Virus record (IMG/VR): IMGVR_UViG_3300036770_005287
Span: 21,033-85,032 of that record
Direction: 5' to 3' (one strand)
Length of the DNA stretch: 64,000 nt
Origin: a virus
In this document: positions 48,086 to 57,531 of the stretch, piece after piece
Numbering within the stretch: the stretch's first letter is position 1
Layout of the letters: every line of letters begins with the position of its first letter
Translations under genes and position numbers: made by a program
Notes under the pieces: model-generated
Databases searched by the model: none
What the model was told of the DNA's origin: nothing
The model's input: only the letters and a program-made list of their open reading frames with translations

Positions 48086-48406
48086 CTATGCCGCTTTTTC
48101 GCGGTCACTGCAAAGTTTGTGTAGCTCTAAAAACTCTTCAAAAGTAAGGCTGTCAATCCAATCGCCGTATTCATCCTCAGTCATGGCATCAAACCGTTCG
48201 CTACCAATGGATTTCAACTTTGCACGCAGGCTAATACGATGCGGATTTTCTTCAGGGTCTTGATCAGAAACCTGCTCAACCACCACTGGTTTGACCGGCT
48301 CTTTGACAAGACCAGGCATATTAATTGTGTTGCGAGAAGGGTTTGCCAGCTCCGACATCAGATACTGTACAAGCTGCAACGCCTCTTCACGACTAAGTTC
48401 AAGCAT
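48086..48406 (-). CDS. Hypothetical protein
   Basis: 106-aa ORF. Confidence 0.55.
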   Translation of the reverse strand: MLELSREEALQLVQYLMSELANPSRNTINMPGLVKEPVKPVVVEQVSDQDPEENPHRISLRAKLKSIGSERFDAMTEDEYGDWIDSLTFEEFLELHKLCSDREKAA

Positions 48407-48450
48407 CTGACCTGTATCCTCTATCGAAAAATTGACTTAAAGCTGCACGG

Positions 48451-48663
48451 TTACACCGTAAAGCCGGTAAATTTTGCCCGCGACGTATCAAGCATCAGCT
48501 TTTTCATGGCCAACTGTTCTGTTTCGTCCAACTCAGATACATTCGACTCCAAAAGGCCAGCTGCAGCTAAGATATCGGCGGCAAAAACAGGCTGATCAAA
48601 TTCGACCATAAGGCCAGCAGAATAAAAAATACCCTGCTCAAAATCACTTAACTTCTTAGCCAT
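48451..48663 (-). CDS. Hypothetical protein
   Basis: 70 aa with AGGA RBS. Confidence 0.6.
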   Translation of the reverse strand: MAKKLSDFEQGIFYSAGLMVEFDQPVFAADILAAAGLLESNVSELDETEQLAMKKLMLDTSRAKFTGFTV

Positions 48664-48675
48664 GTTCGTTTTCCT

Positions 48676-49017
48676 TTATTCCAGAATTGCAGCCACAATG
48701 GCCAGCACTTCGTTGACGATTTCTGCAGGGGCTTTTTCGACTTTCACCGCCTGCCGCGCTGTCAAATCAACAGAGCGAATGCCGTTGGCAAGTACAACAC
48801 CTTGGGTATCGGTGCCTGACCCCATCAGTGTCACAGCAAAGCCCTCAAAACGAGCATAGTTACCACCTTGTGTAATCGGGGCGATCACTGTAAGGCCAAG
48901 CTTGTTAAACTGCTTGGTAGACAGCACCAAACAAGGCCGCATATCGCCCTGAATCTCATTACCGGCAGTCGGGTTTAAACAGGCCCGTACAATGTCGCCA
49001 CGTTCAAATACAGCCAT
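48676..49017 (-). CDS. mazF: MazF/ChpB endoribonuclease toxin
   Basis: ERGDIV...NPTAGNEIQGDMRPCLVLS...FNKLG...APITQG. Confidence 0.9.
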   Translation of the reverse strand: MAVFERGDIVRACLNPTAGNEIQGDMRPCLVLSTKQFNKLGLTVIAPITQGGNYARFEGFAVTLMGSGTDTQGVVLANGIRSVDLTARQAVKVEKAPAEIVNEVLAIVAAILE

Positions 49018-49271
49018 CAGACTTCAGCTCCAACAGCAGGCGCGGCATCCCAGTCTGCCAGTGCTTGTGGCATTGGCGCAGCCGGATCACACTTTGCCAG
49101 CAAGTCAGCCAGCTTGTATTTCTGGCGCTGGGAGTTTTGAGCAACAACCAATTGGCCATCAATGGCCTTTGCTTCCAACTTGTCGCCTAATTCAAAGCCA
49201 AGCTCTTTGAGCAGCTGAGCTGGTACAACAAGGCCTTTTGAGTTACCAATGCTGCGTAATACAGTTTCCAT
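49017..49271 (-). CDS. mazE: MazE/ChpS AbrB-fold antitoxin
   Basis: LRSIGNSKGLVVP...YKLADLLAKCD...W...VGAE. Confidence 0.9.
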   Translation of the reverse strand: METVLRSIGNSKGLVVPAQLLKELGFELGDKLEAKAIDGQLVVAQNSQRQKYKLADLLAKCDPAAPMPQALADWDAAPAVGAEV

Positions 49272-49348
49272 AAAAACCTCACTCGCGTTATAACGTAGTT
49301 CTAACTATACGCCTAATTTCAGCAGTGTCAACTTTGTTATAACTATTT

Positions 49349-50062
49349 TCAAATCATAAATCGACGCCGCTTTTTGAACGCTTCCAGTCTCTTAACTTTT
49401 GACTCTTTACGCTGCACAAACCAATCGGCCAGCGGGCTGTACTGGGCAACGTCCATTGCCAGGATAGTACTGACAGTCTCAGCGCTGAATCCGGTCGTTA
49501 TCATAAGGTCAGTGGTACTCATGCCTGCCCTATAACCTTCAATAACCGCCGTTCTGACCAGGCTAAGCCTGTTAACCCCAGTATCAACAAGTCCAGCTTG
49601 CTCTATCAGCCTGTCCAGAAACTTATTCATTGCAGCCGGTGACTGAGCGCTAGCGCCACGGCTCTGCATCGAGAACGGCTTACCCTTGTCGTTTACCAGC
49701 AGCTGGGCAGACGCATCGAGGCCAAGATGATGCTTGCCAGGCTGGCTGTTGATGCCGGATTGCTGCAACCAGTTTAGGTATTGTTCCATCGCATCTTTAA
49801 GCGCCGGATGGCTCATAACTATCGGGCGCTCAAATCCATCGCGTGTGATCTCGTCCGGCAACACAACAAACTCCCGCAGTTCGCCAGTTGGCGAAACAAA
49901 CAGGCCAATCGTGATCAGTGTCAGCTCCGATTCCCGAAGCCCTGCTATACCGGCCAGCAACAACGTCAATTTGTTGCGGTGGCGTAGCGGATCAGTTCTG
50001 CCAAAATTACGGGCAACCAGCTGCTGCCAGAACTCCTCATTGCTTAGAGGTCTGCCTTCCAT
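49349..50062 (-). CDS. Tyrosine-recombinase-fold protein with degenerate active site
   Basis: AGLRESEL retained; HxxR reads LSLVR; H/W and Tyr not at expected positions. Confidence 0.65.
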   Translation of the reverse strand: MEGRPLSNEEFWQQLVARNFGRTDPLRHRNKLTLLLAGIAGLRESELTLITIGLFVSPTGELREFVVLPDEITRDGFERPIVMSHPALKDAMEQYLNWLQQSGINSQPGKHHLGLDASAQLLVNDKGKPFSMQSRGASAQSPAAMNKFLDRLIEQAGLVDTGVNRLSLVRTAVIEGYRAGMSTTDLMITTGFSAETVSTILAMDVAQYSPLADWFVQRKESKVKRLEAFKKRRRFMI

Positions 50063-50196
50063 TAAAACGCATCCTATAGGTTAAAAATGCGCAATTGTGC
50101 CAACAGTATTTTGTGCTGGCTATCTGCAGGCGTTAAAAAGCCGCGACTGGCGCGGCTCTCGGGCATGAATGCAGGAAACGTCTGAGGATTTAGATT

Positions 50197-50616
50197 TTAG
50201 GCTTGTGCGCTTTCCATTTCATTCAGTGCCGCCAGCTGCAAAAACCGAGAGCGATTCCCGTATGCCGGGTGCTCTTTCACAAACTGGTCAATTTTTAGTG
50301 TCAGCAGATCTGGCAGAGTGACATTCACTTTACTGGACTTGCCAAGAAATGGCGTTTCGTCAATCTCTACATGCGCCCAACTCCAACCTTTAAATTCCTC
50401 TTTTTTGAACAATTTACTTAAAGGCGTCGGCACGGGCGGCAGCGCCCCTTGCTCAGCTAAATCCGTCAGATGCAAACAAATCGCCTCTTTTACATTTGTC
50501 AGCGCTTCTTCTAAGGTGTCACCTGCCGAATAACAGCCCGGCAGATCCGGCACCGCGATACCATAAGATGTATGATCATCACCTGCCTCAATCGCCACTG
50601 TATATTGCATAGTCAT
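50197..50616 (-). CDS. hicB: HicB antitoxin
   Basis: VPDLPGCYSAGDTLEEA...KVNVTLP...RSRFL. Confidence 0.92.
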   Translation of the reverse strand: MTMQYTVAIEAGDDHTSYGIAVPDLPGCYSAGDTLEEALTNVKEAICLHLTDLAEQGALPPVPTPLSKLFKKEEFKGWSWAHVEIDETPFLGKSSKVNVTLPDLLTLKIDQFVKEHPAYGNRSRFLQLAALNEMESAQA

Positions 50617-50689
50617 TACTCCAATTCTGTCTCAAATCCCTCTAAAGCCGGATGCTATTGCCCGCCAGTAGAGCCAAAGAAGGGCGGGC

Positions 50690-50872
50690 TTACAAGCCCG
50701 CGTCCTTTAGTATTTTCTTTGTTAACCCGACACCTAAATCTTTTTTCGGGTGCGGTACGGTTATCGTTCCTTGCTTGGTCGGGTGTTTGAACTGATGGTG
50801 ACTACCTTTACAACGCACCTCTTTCCATCCATCCGCGATAAGCACGCTTATCAACTCTGAGCTTTTCAACAT
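50690..50872 (-). CDS. hicA: HicA toxin
   Basis: DGWKEVRCKGSHHQFKHP...TVPHPKKDL; GGAGGA RBS. Confidence 0.92.
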   Translation of the reverse strand: MLKSSELISVLIADGWKEVRCKGSHHQFKHPTKQGTITVPHPKKDLGVGLTKKILKDAGL

Positions 50873-51014
50873 TCCTCCTGTCCAACTCATAGGGTTATAA
50901 TAACCCCGATTAATTGAAGAGTAAAGAAAAATAACCCCGATAACCCCATTTATTTTTATGGTCCCGTTTTTTATGTTCACGGTGTCAAGACATTGCGCAT
51001 TGGCAGCTGATTAG

Positions 51015-51049
51015 TTATCCACAGAAACAGTGGATAGAGCGGTGTATAA
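51015..51049. promoter_or_regulatory. DnaA box plus two degenerate boxes
   Basis: TTATCCACA at 51015-51023; AGTGGATAG and GGTGTATAA nearby in reverse orientation. Confidence 0.4.
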
Positions 51050-51097
51050 GAATGCAGTGTAGGCGAGAACTAATTGATAACTTAATGATTTTTATAT

Positions 51098-51114
51098 GAT
51101 TTACAGTGTAAATC
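51098..51114. other. parS-like palindrome GATTTACAGTGTAAATC
   Basis: Perfect inverted repeat. Confidence 0.7.
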
Positions 51115-51146
51115 GGCGGCCATCCTTGGCCTGCGCGTGGCGGGTG

Positions 51147-53384
51147 TTATGCGCTAAAATCTGGCCGGGTAAACGCGCCGTTACTGACGTTTTTGTCTAA
51201 CCAGTACGCGAATACTTCAATAATATTTTCCTCAGTAAAACCGCGTTCATGCGCTGCCATCATGCGCTGCTTGAGTTCTGCCGGTGCGTAGTTCACGTAG
51301 TCCGCTGGCTTGAGTGTCGGAATAGTCTCAGCTGGCGGCGCTTCCACTTCTGGCAGACCACCAGCCTGGTACGCAACAGCCGATGTTTTAGCGCCAGCAA
51401 AAGCCCAGGATTTAAACTGATCCAGTGGCATCGCCGTGATTGCGCCGAGGCCTTTCCAGCCTTTGTCATAATTTGCAAAGTACGCTGCTTTCGCCTCCGC
51501 TGCTGATGCAAAGCCAAGCATAACTTTGTGCTCATCAAAGGTTCGGGTTGCCGGGTTTATCTGGTCAATGATAAAGACTTGTTCAGGCTCTAAAACATCA
51601 CCTAAAAAGACATCGACCGGATCCCCGTCTGCGCCAGTCGTGCTTTTGATATCGCCGTAATGGTGCTGCATCGTATTGGACCAGGTATTGCCGTTCTCAT
51701 CCGTACCTGAGCGCGTGCTGCCGGCTGGATTTTCGATGGCAATATCTATCCCGGCAAATACCAGCTGACCTTTTTTGTAGTTGCCGGCTTCTTTCTGCGC
51801 CTGCGTCGGTTCTGGCAAGTCATTTTGCTCTGACGTGGCGGCTTTGTTGGCAGCATCATCGATAGCCGCTTGTTCAGCCGTCACCGGGGCCGGTGCTGGC
51901 TCTTCCTGGCGTGCGGGCTCGTCCTGAGTCTGTATATCAAGTGCGCTGGTATCAAAGGTGGACACGTCGGCGCCAAACTCAGCGATCAGGTCCTCATTGA
52001 CGCGGGCAAGGATATCAACCAGCGTTAAATCGCCGCCACCAAACAAGTCATCGACAGCACTGCCTTTGCGGGCCAATTCAGCATTAATGTTTTCAGCCAG
52101 GCGCTTAAAGGCAAACGACATTCGCTTGCTGCTGCGGTTATTGGCTGCCACAAAGGCCGCCAGCGCTTCAGCTGCAGGGTCATTGTCACCAAACAGGCTG
52201 CTTTGGCTTAGCAGGTCCTTCACGCTTTGATTATTTGCTTTGGCCTGACGTATCAGCTCAGTTGCAGAGACAAGCGCCTGCAGCGCTTCCTGTGCGATAT
52301 TAGGGCGATCACCATCCGGCGCTGATTTATAGCGCTCAGCACCATCCGACAGCCCATCAACAACGCCGTGGTGAACTTCTGCAGATAACGCCTGCATTTC
52401 AACAAAATCAGCAGCAGCGTAGTTCATCGCTGAAAGGATATTCCTGATCTCCGGATCAGTTTCTTCTGCCACCAGGGCAACTAAGCGTTCAGACCGATAG
52501 GCTTTGGCAAAAATGGCATTTTGCAGACGGTCAACCAGCTGGCGGGTAGGGCGTCCATCACCGGTATAAAGGCCCGCTGCGCCCGCGTCACCAATTTGTT
52601 TGATAAAGGCATCAACAAAGGCCTTATTGTCCGGCCCTGTGAGGGTGCCAGAATCAGCCGGCCTGAACATTGCCATCATCTGTCCGCTGATTTGCTCAGC
52701 GTCTACCCATGCGGTTTCTGCTGCGCTCATAGACTGCAGATCTGACGCGTTGCTATCGCGGGCAAACTGCGCCCGGTCAACGTCGGTTAACCGCATCCGG
52801 ACCAGCACTGGGCGTCTAAACTTCGCCACATAATCGGGCTTAAAGCCGTACTGCTCTGCATGCTCAACCAGGAAATTGCGGTAGTTATCGCCTTTGCCGT
52901 CGGTATAGGCTTTGATGATACTGATTGTCCGACCGTTGCCAGACTCGACCACAAAATCACGGCCAATAATCGGGGCACCGTGCGAAGTCAGGCCGCTATC
53001 GGTTAACCGGGCAGGCTGCAGGTCATTGGATATTTTGGCAATCTGCAGGACTGACGCCTGGCGCGTTCTATCACGCGGCTGCAGTTCTTCCGGGTAATCC
53101 GGATTGACGCGACCGTCAGCAAAGTTACTGACAATCAGGCGCTTGGCTTCAACAATCTTAAAGACCGCTCGAATTTGCCCGCCTTTTGGCGAGGTTAAAA
53201 ACGATAGACGGCCCTCAATGTCTGGCTGCTCAGCCCCGGCGTCATCGCCTTTGAGCTGCTTTAAAAGCTCAGACCAGCGCTTTTGTAGCGCCAGGCGCTG
53301 GCGGATATCTTTCACGTCCGCCAGCTGCTTTTTAATGCCCAGTGCTTCACGCTGCAGCGTTAGCTTTTCCTTTGCAGTTAGCAT
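51147..53384 (-). CDS. ddrB: DdrB-like ParB-domain protein fused to inorganic pyrophosphatase-like domain
   Basis: LQPRDRTR...GAPII...VESGNGR; AGNYKKG...HYGDI...GADGDPVDVF...FDEHKVMLGF. Confidence 0.75.
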   Translation of the reverse strand: MLTAKEKLTLQREALGIKKQLADVKDIRQRLALQKRWSELLKQLKGDDAGAEQPDIEGRLSFLTSPKGGQIRAVFKIVEAKRLIVSNFADGRVNPDYPEELQPRDRTRQASVLQIAKISNDLQPARLTDSGLTSHGAPIIGRDFVVESGNGRTISIIKAYTDGKGDNYRNFLVEHAEQYGFKPDYVAKFRRPVLVRMRLTDVDRAQFARDSNASDLQSMSAAETAWVDAEQISGQMMAMFRPADSGTLTGPDNKAFVDAFIKQIGDAGAAGLYTGDGRPTRQLVDRLQNAIFAKAYRSERLVALVAEETDPEIRNILSAMNYAAADFVEMQALSAEVHHGVVDGLSDGAERYKSAPDGDRPNIAQEALQALVSATELIRQAKANNQSVKDLLSQSSLFGDNDPAAEALAAFVAANNRSSKRMSFAFKRLAENINAELARKGSAVDDLFGGGDLTLVDILARVNEDLIAEFGADVSTFDTSALDIQTQDEPARQEEPAPAPVTAEQAAIDDAANKAATSEQNDLPEPTQAQKEAGNYKKGQLVFAGIDIAIENPAGSTRSGTDENGNTWSNTMQHHYGDIKSTTGADGDPVDVFLGDVLEPEQVFIIDQINPATRTFDEHKVMLGFASAAEAKAAYFANYDKGWKGLGAITAMPLDQFKSWAFAGAKTSAVAYQAGGLPEVEAPPAETIPTLKPADYVNYAPAELKQRMMAAHERGFTEENIIEVFAYWLDKNVSNGAFTRPDFSA

Positions 53385-56300
53385 TATTGCGCCTCCAACA
53401 ACTCTGTAATGCGGTTGCTGGCTTGCTCAATCAGTTCGGCATGCTGCTCTTCGCCGGCTGAGTCCAGGACGGCCAAGGCCTGATCCAGTGCATCAATCAA
53501 TTCGTCAGCGCTTTGCGCATTGGTCAGTGCTGATTGCAGTGCAGTGATTTCTGACTGCACTTCTGGCGCTGAGCTTTGTTCTACAGCCGGCGCTGCTGAA
53601 TATTTCTCAATAGTGGTATTGAGCAACTTAAAGGCCTCTTTTTTGCCGAACGTTTGCACGCTTTCACGGTATTTATCTTTCGTATTTTCGATGGTGTTAC
53701 CAGACACGGCAGCAGCTTGTTTTAACAACGCCTCAACTTCTGGCTCAAACTCATCAACGCGGATCCAGAAGCCATTCATTTCTTCACCGCTACCAAACGA
53801 ATGACGTTTTTTGCCAGGCTCAATTCGCGCATTCGGGAATCCAGGCTTCACAAATTCATCACCGACCGCTTTATAGCCATACTCTTCTAATCGGCGGTGC
53901 GGGTTGTAGCCTTCCCCGAAAAATTCTTCAATGGCTGCCTGGTCCTTGTTTCGCTCTTGCTTCAGACGTATTTCAAGCTCGTCAGAAATGTCATCTTCTT
54001 CCTTTAACGCTGTTGCACTGGTAGGTAGTCCGAGCTTGTTTGTTTCATTAAAGACTTTAAGCAATTCGTTTTGACGCGCCTTTAACTCATCAGTGCTCAC
54101 TGCTTTAAAGTCTGTAATGGGAGTGCCGTAATCGACAGTTTGATCGGCTGGCGCAGCATCAGAATCTTGCCCGGCTGATTTACCGGCTTTGACCATTTCA
54201 TCCCAGCTCTTAAATCCCAGTGAATAGGCGATATCCGCTTTTGCGTTGCGCGTGATTTTGCGTTGCCAGGCGCGGTTTGTTGGCGACCAGTTTGCACCAC
54301 TTGAAATACGTTGCACCGCTGCATATTCCGGATCATCTGCAGTAGCCCGACGTTTGAGGTTCGGGAAATACACGCGGATGCGGTCATCACCATAATCGAC
54401 TTCGACGTTTACCGGGGCGCCGTTAAAGGTCAGGTCTAAATCAAGATCACCTTCTGCCGCGGCTTCTTCGCGCTGCTGTAGCTCTTCCAGGCGGGCGCGG
54501 CGTGACTTGAGGCGCGCATTTAAGTTGGTCAGTTCAAATCCTTCATGCGGGATCAAATTGCCTAAGTAATTCGGGCGCAGCGTATCGATGAAGGTACTCG
54601 GGTAGCCAATCGCCACCAGCTCAGCTGTTGCTTTCTCTTTAGCTGTCACCGGGTCTTTTTCTTTGGCTTTTTGGTACTTGCGGAAAATCGCATTCGCCTG
54701 CTTCATGCGCTCTTGCTGCTTTTCCATTGCATCGATATCGCGCTGTACTTCCAGGAGCTCAGGCGAAATACCTGCAGTTGGATCAGCTGCTGCCGGCTCT
54801 GGCGTGGCCGGGTTCTGTGCTTCGGCATTTAAAAGCTGAGTAAACCGGTCCTCAATCGCTTCTACGCGCGGAATATTTGACGTGCCATCAGGATTTGTGG
54901 CCTTGTCGTAGGTATCAACGATGTAAGAAAACTTCTCATCCTGAGCATCCCAGGCTTTCGCCTGTTCCAGCGTCAGCGTGTCTAAGAATTCGCTGAATTT
55001 CTGCCGCGGATCTTCAGGCTCTGCGCCTGGCTGCGTCGGAATAAAGCCCTCAATACCTGGCGCATATTCGCCGCGAAATACACTGACCAGGGCGCTTGTG
55101 CCATAAATGCGCACGTAATCGTTTAGAGCTTCATCGGAGATCCGGCCAACCTTCGCACGGTCTTTAAGAAAATCTACCCAATCGCTTTCCAGCATTTGCG
55201 CTTTGCCTTTGTAAAGCGCTTCATCAGCCAGGTACTCGGCTGCGTATTGACTGGTTTCAATTTGCTGGCGGATCCAGGCGTCACGCGTCATTTCATACGC
55301 TGGCTTTGTTTCTACTGCAGGCGCTACCGGCGCTATGCCCATTGGGTTTTCAGCAAAATCCCATAAGCCAACGGTATAGTGGTCAGTACTCTGAACTTTG
55401 CTGTAATAGGTCAGACCGTCTTTTTTCATGTAAATATTTTCATCGCCAATACTGACAATCTCAGCAGTGCCAAGGGCCGCTAAGTCTTTTTCAGTGGCTT
55501 CAATTTCAATCGGCTTTGTTTCTGAGCCATCACGATAGGCGCTTGGTTGCGGCAAACCTGAATTGGCCGATTGCGCAGCACGATACGCGGCGACTTCACG
55601 CGCTTTAAACTCTTCCGCCAGGTCATAATCAATACTGACCGTTTCATAGAAACGGCGCTCGAAATAATCAACCATTGAATCAGACCGGTCCCGGTTGAAC
55701 TCATTGGCTTCGTCTTTGAGCTGCGTCATCAGATTGCGCATTTGCGTACTGTATGAATCCGGTAAGTACTGCGTTTGCCCGCCAACAAACTCTTCAATTT
55801 GTTCCTGGCTAAATACCTTAAAGTCAGCCGGTAGCCGCACAATTTCTAAGCTCACTTCATTGCGTGAGGCGCTTGTTACTGCAACGCGCAATTCTGCCGG
55901 GTATTTGCCAGCTTTGCGGCCTTCAGTAATGGCAACACGAATCAGCTTGTTAATTTCTGCCAGCTTTAAATCCCGTGTGCTCTGATGTTTCTCGCCTGTG
56001 AAATTGCCGTCGTATTTTGGATTAATCCGCTCGACCGGGGCGTCATCATTTGCCGCTACGGCTGGTTGCTGTACGACTGGTGCCGCGGGCAAGGCTTTCT
56101 CTAAGTCCGCGTTGACGGCGTTTTGATTGGCAATACGGGCGCGCAGTGCGTCCAGGGAACTGCGCAGTGCGTCAATTTCAGCCTGCTTTGCATCCGTTTG
56201 GCCGCTGATGTCGCCGGTTGCGGCAATGGTGGCATCCAGCTGTGACTGCAGGGTTTCAATGTCTTTCAGCTGATCTGCTTTGACGCGCAAGCTGGCTCGA

Positions 56301-56908
56301 AAACGGTTGCTGTTGCGCTCAACAATGCGGGTAATGGCAAGGGCTGTTTGCTTTAAGCTGATATCCCGGCCGTTATGCGGTGCAACGATATCGGTAATAT
56401 CGCGCTTATTGAGCAAAAAGCGGAATGCGATCAGCGTGTCATCCGGGCCAATGACTGCCGGATCATCATCAGGCGCGTGAAAGATGATAAAGACGCTCTG
56501 ACCATCGCTAAACGGAATTTCAGCCGTCATAGTTGCAATCAGGCCGCTTTTGCGCGGCTTGCTCAGGATGGCGCCGCCAAGGACCGCAAACTGTGAATCT
56601 ACTTCCATTCCTTCGGTCACGCCGGCAGTCAGGCCTTTGGTCGGATCTGTATTCTGGTTGAGTGTTTTGACCAGGGCTTTCATGGTATTCGCCAGGCGCA
56701 TGCGGCGCGTCGTAATGGCGGATAACAGCATGCTATCGCCTTTAACCAGCGCATGGCCGTTTAACGTTTCATCGATATCCGCCAGCGTTGTTGGTTCTGA
56801 TAAGAGATCAGCACCAAGGCCAGATAACAGGGCTTCGAAATCGCTTTCTGTGGGCGACTTCAAAGTGTGGTCCATACGATCAACAATTTTAATCTGCTTC
56901 AGATTCAT
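53384..56908 (-). CDS. darA: DarA-like polyvalent antirestriction/head protein
   Basis: PFSDGQS..IIFHAP...FRFLLNKRDIT.IVAP N-terminal region; 1174 aa with extra domains; follows hdf. Confidence 0.75.
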   Translation of the reverse strand: MNLKQIKIVDRMDHTLKSPTESDFEALLSGLGADLLSEPTTLADIDETLNGHALVKGDSMLLSAITTRRMRLANTMKALVKTLNQNTDPTKGLTAGVTEGMEVDSQFAVLGGAILSKPRKSGLIATMTAEIPFSDGQSVFIIFHAPDDDPAVIGPDDTLIAFRFLLNKRDITDIVAPHNGRDISLKQTALAITRIVERNSNRFRASLRVKADQLKDIETLQSQLDATIAATGDISGQTDAKQAEIDALRSSLDALRARIANQNAVNADLEKALPAAPVVQQPAVAANDDAPVERINPKYDGNFTGEKHQSTRDLKLAEINKLIRVAITEGRKAGKYPAELRVAVTSASRNEVSLEIVRLPADFKVFSQEQIEEFVGGQTQYLPDSYSTQMRNLMTQLKDEANEFNRDRSDSMVDYFERRFYETVSIDYDLAEEFKAREVAAYRAAQSANSGLPQPSAYRDGSETKPIEIEATEKDLAALGTAEIVSIGDENIYMKKDGLTYYSKVQSTDHYTVGLWDFAENPMGIAPVAPAVETKPAYEMTRDAWIRQQIETSQYAAEYLADEALYKGKAQMLESDWVDFLKDRAKVGRISDEALNDYVRIYGTSALVSVFRGEYAPGIEGFIPTQPGAEPEDPRQKFSEFLDTLTLEQAKAWDAQDEKFSYIVDTYDKATNPDGTSNIPRVEAIEDRFTQLLNAEAQNPATPEPAAADPTAGISPELLEVQRDIDAMEKQQERMKQANAIFRKYQKAKEKDPVTAKEKATAELVAIGYPSTFIDTLRPNYLGNLIPHEGFELTNLNARLKSRRARLEELQQREEAAAEGDLDLDLTFNGAPVNVEVDYGDDRIRVYFPNLKRRATADDPEYAAVQRISSGANWSPTNRAWQRKITRNAKADIAYSLGFKSWDEMVKAGKSAGQDSDAAPADQTVDYGTPITDFKAVSTDELKARQNELLKVFNETNKLGLPTSATALKEEDDISDELEIRLKQERNKDQAAIEEFFGEGYNPHRRLEEYGYKAVGDEFVKPGFPNARIEPGKKRHSFGSGEEMNGFWIRVDEFEPEVEALLKQAAAVSGNTIENTKDKYRESVQTFGKKEAFKLLNTTIEKYSAAPAVEQSSAPEVQSEITALQSALTNAQSADELIDALDQALAVLDSAGEEQHAELIEQASNRITELLEAQ

Positions 56909-57531
56909 GCTGCAGCGCCTTTGAGTTGTGACTTTAATTCTTTACTGCGGTCAATCGACGCCTGCAGCTGATGTTTTAGCTGACTTTCTTCTGAGGCCAG
57001 CTGTTGATAAAGCTCGTTGCGGCTGGTGAGTTCAGCGCGCACTGATGCCTGCTGAGCTTCTGCTTCAGCAACTGCTGTTTTGAGCTCATCAATCCGTTGC
57101 TGATTTGTTTTGCCGGCCGGTTTGACTGCTGAGTCAACTTTGATTGCCTTGAGCTTTCGCGCCAGGCTTTTATCAAATTCGTCCTGGCCTTTTTTCAGAT
57201 AGTCCGCCAGCTCTTTTGCAATCGACTGCAGCGAGTCAGCGTTTTTGATAGGGAGCGCTTTACCATTGACTGCAACGGCTACTAAATCGCCGGTTTCACG
57301 AATGCGGATAGTGATCCGCTGACCGTTCTCAAAGTAGAAATCAGCCTTTTTAAACTTCGTGTCATCCTTGGCAATCAGCCGGTTTGATGCAGTGATAGAC
57401 GCCACCGGGGCGCCATTGCCGGCGAGTAGCTTTGCAAAGGCCGCAAGGCCCGCTTCGCTAAAGTTGTCGCCGTCAAAGGTGGCGTAGACCTTTTTGTTTT
57501 TGCTGTAATCAATGTTGCTCATTGTGCGCAT
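56905..57531 (-). CDS. hdf: Hdf-like protein (DarA N-terminal homolog)
   Basis: FENGQ...ETGDL..V.VNGKALP plus coiled coil; lydB-hdf-darA synteny. Confidence 0.7.
   Translation of the reverse strand: MRTMSNIDYSKNKKVYATFDGDNFSEAGLAAFAKLLAGNGAPVASITASNRLIAKDDTKFKKADFYFENGQRITIRIRETGDLVAVAVNGKALPIKNADSLQSIAKELADYLKKGQDEFDKSLARKLKAIKVDSAVKPAGKTNQQRIDELKTAVAEAEAQQASVRAELTSRNELYQQLASEESQLKHQLQASIDRSKELKSQLKGAAA

Noticed and set aside
50892-50948. ATAACCCC repeats as replication iterons
   Set aside because: They lie in the hicAB promoter and include a GGGTTAT/ATAACCC palindrome, better explained as HicB operators
51151-51157. Additional TTAGCGC late-promoter copy at the ddrB end (also at 16784)
   Set aside because: No -10 hexamer at the conserved 6-nt spacing
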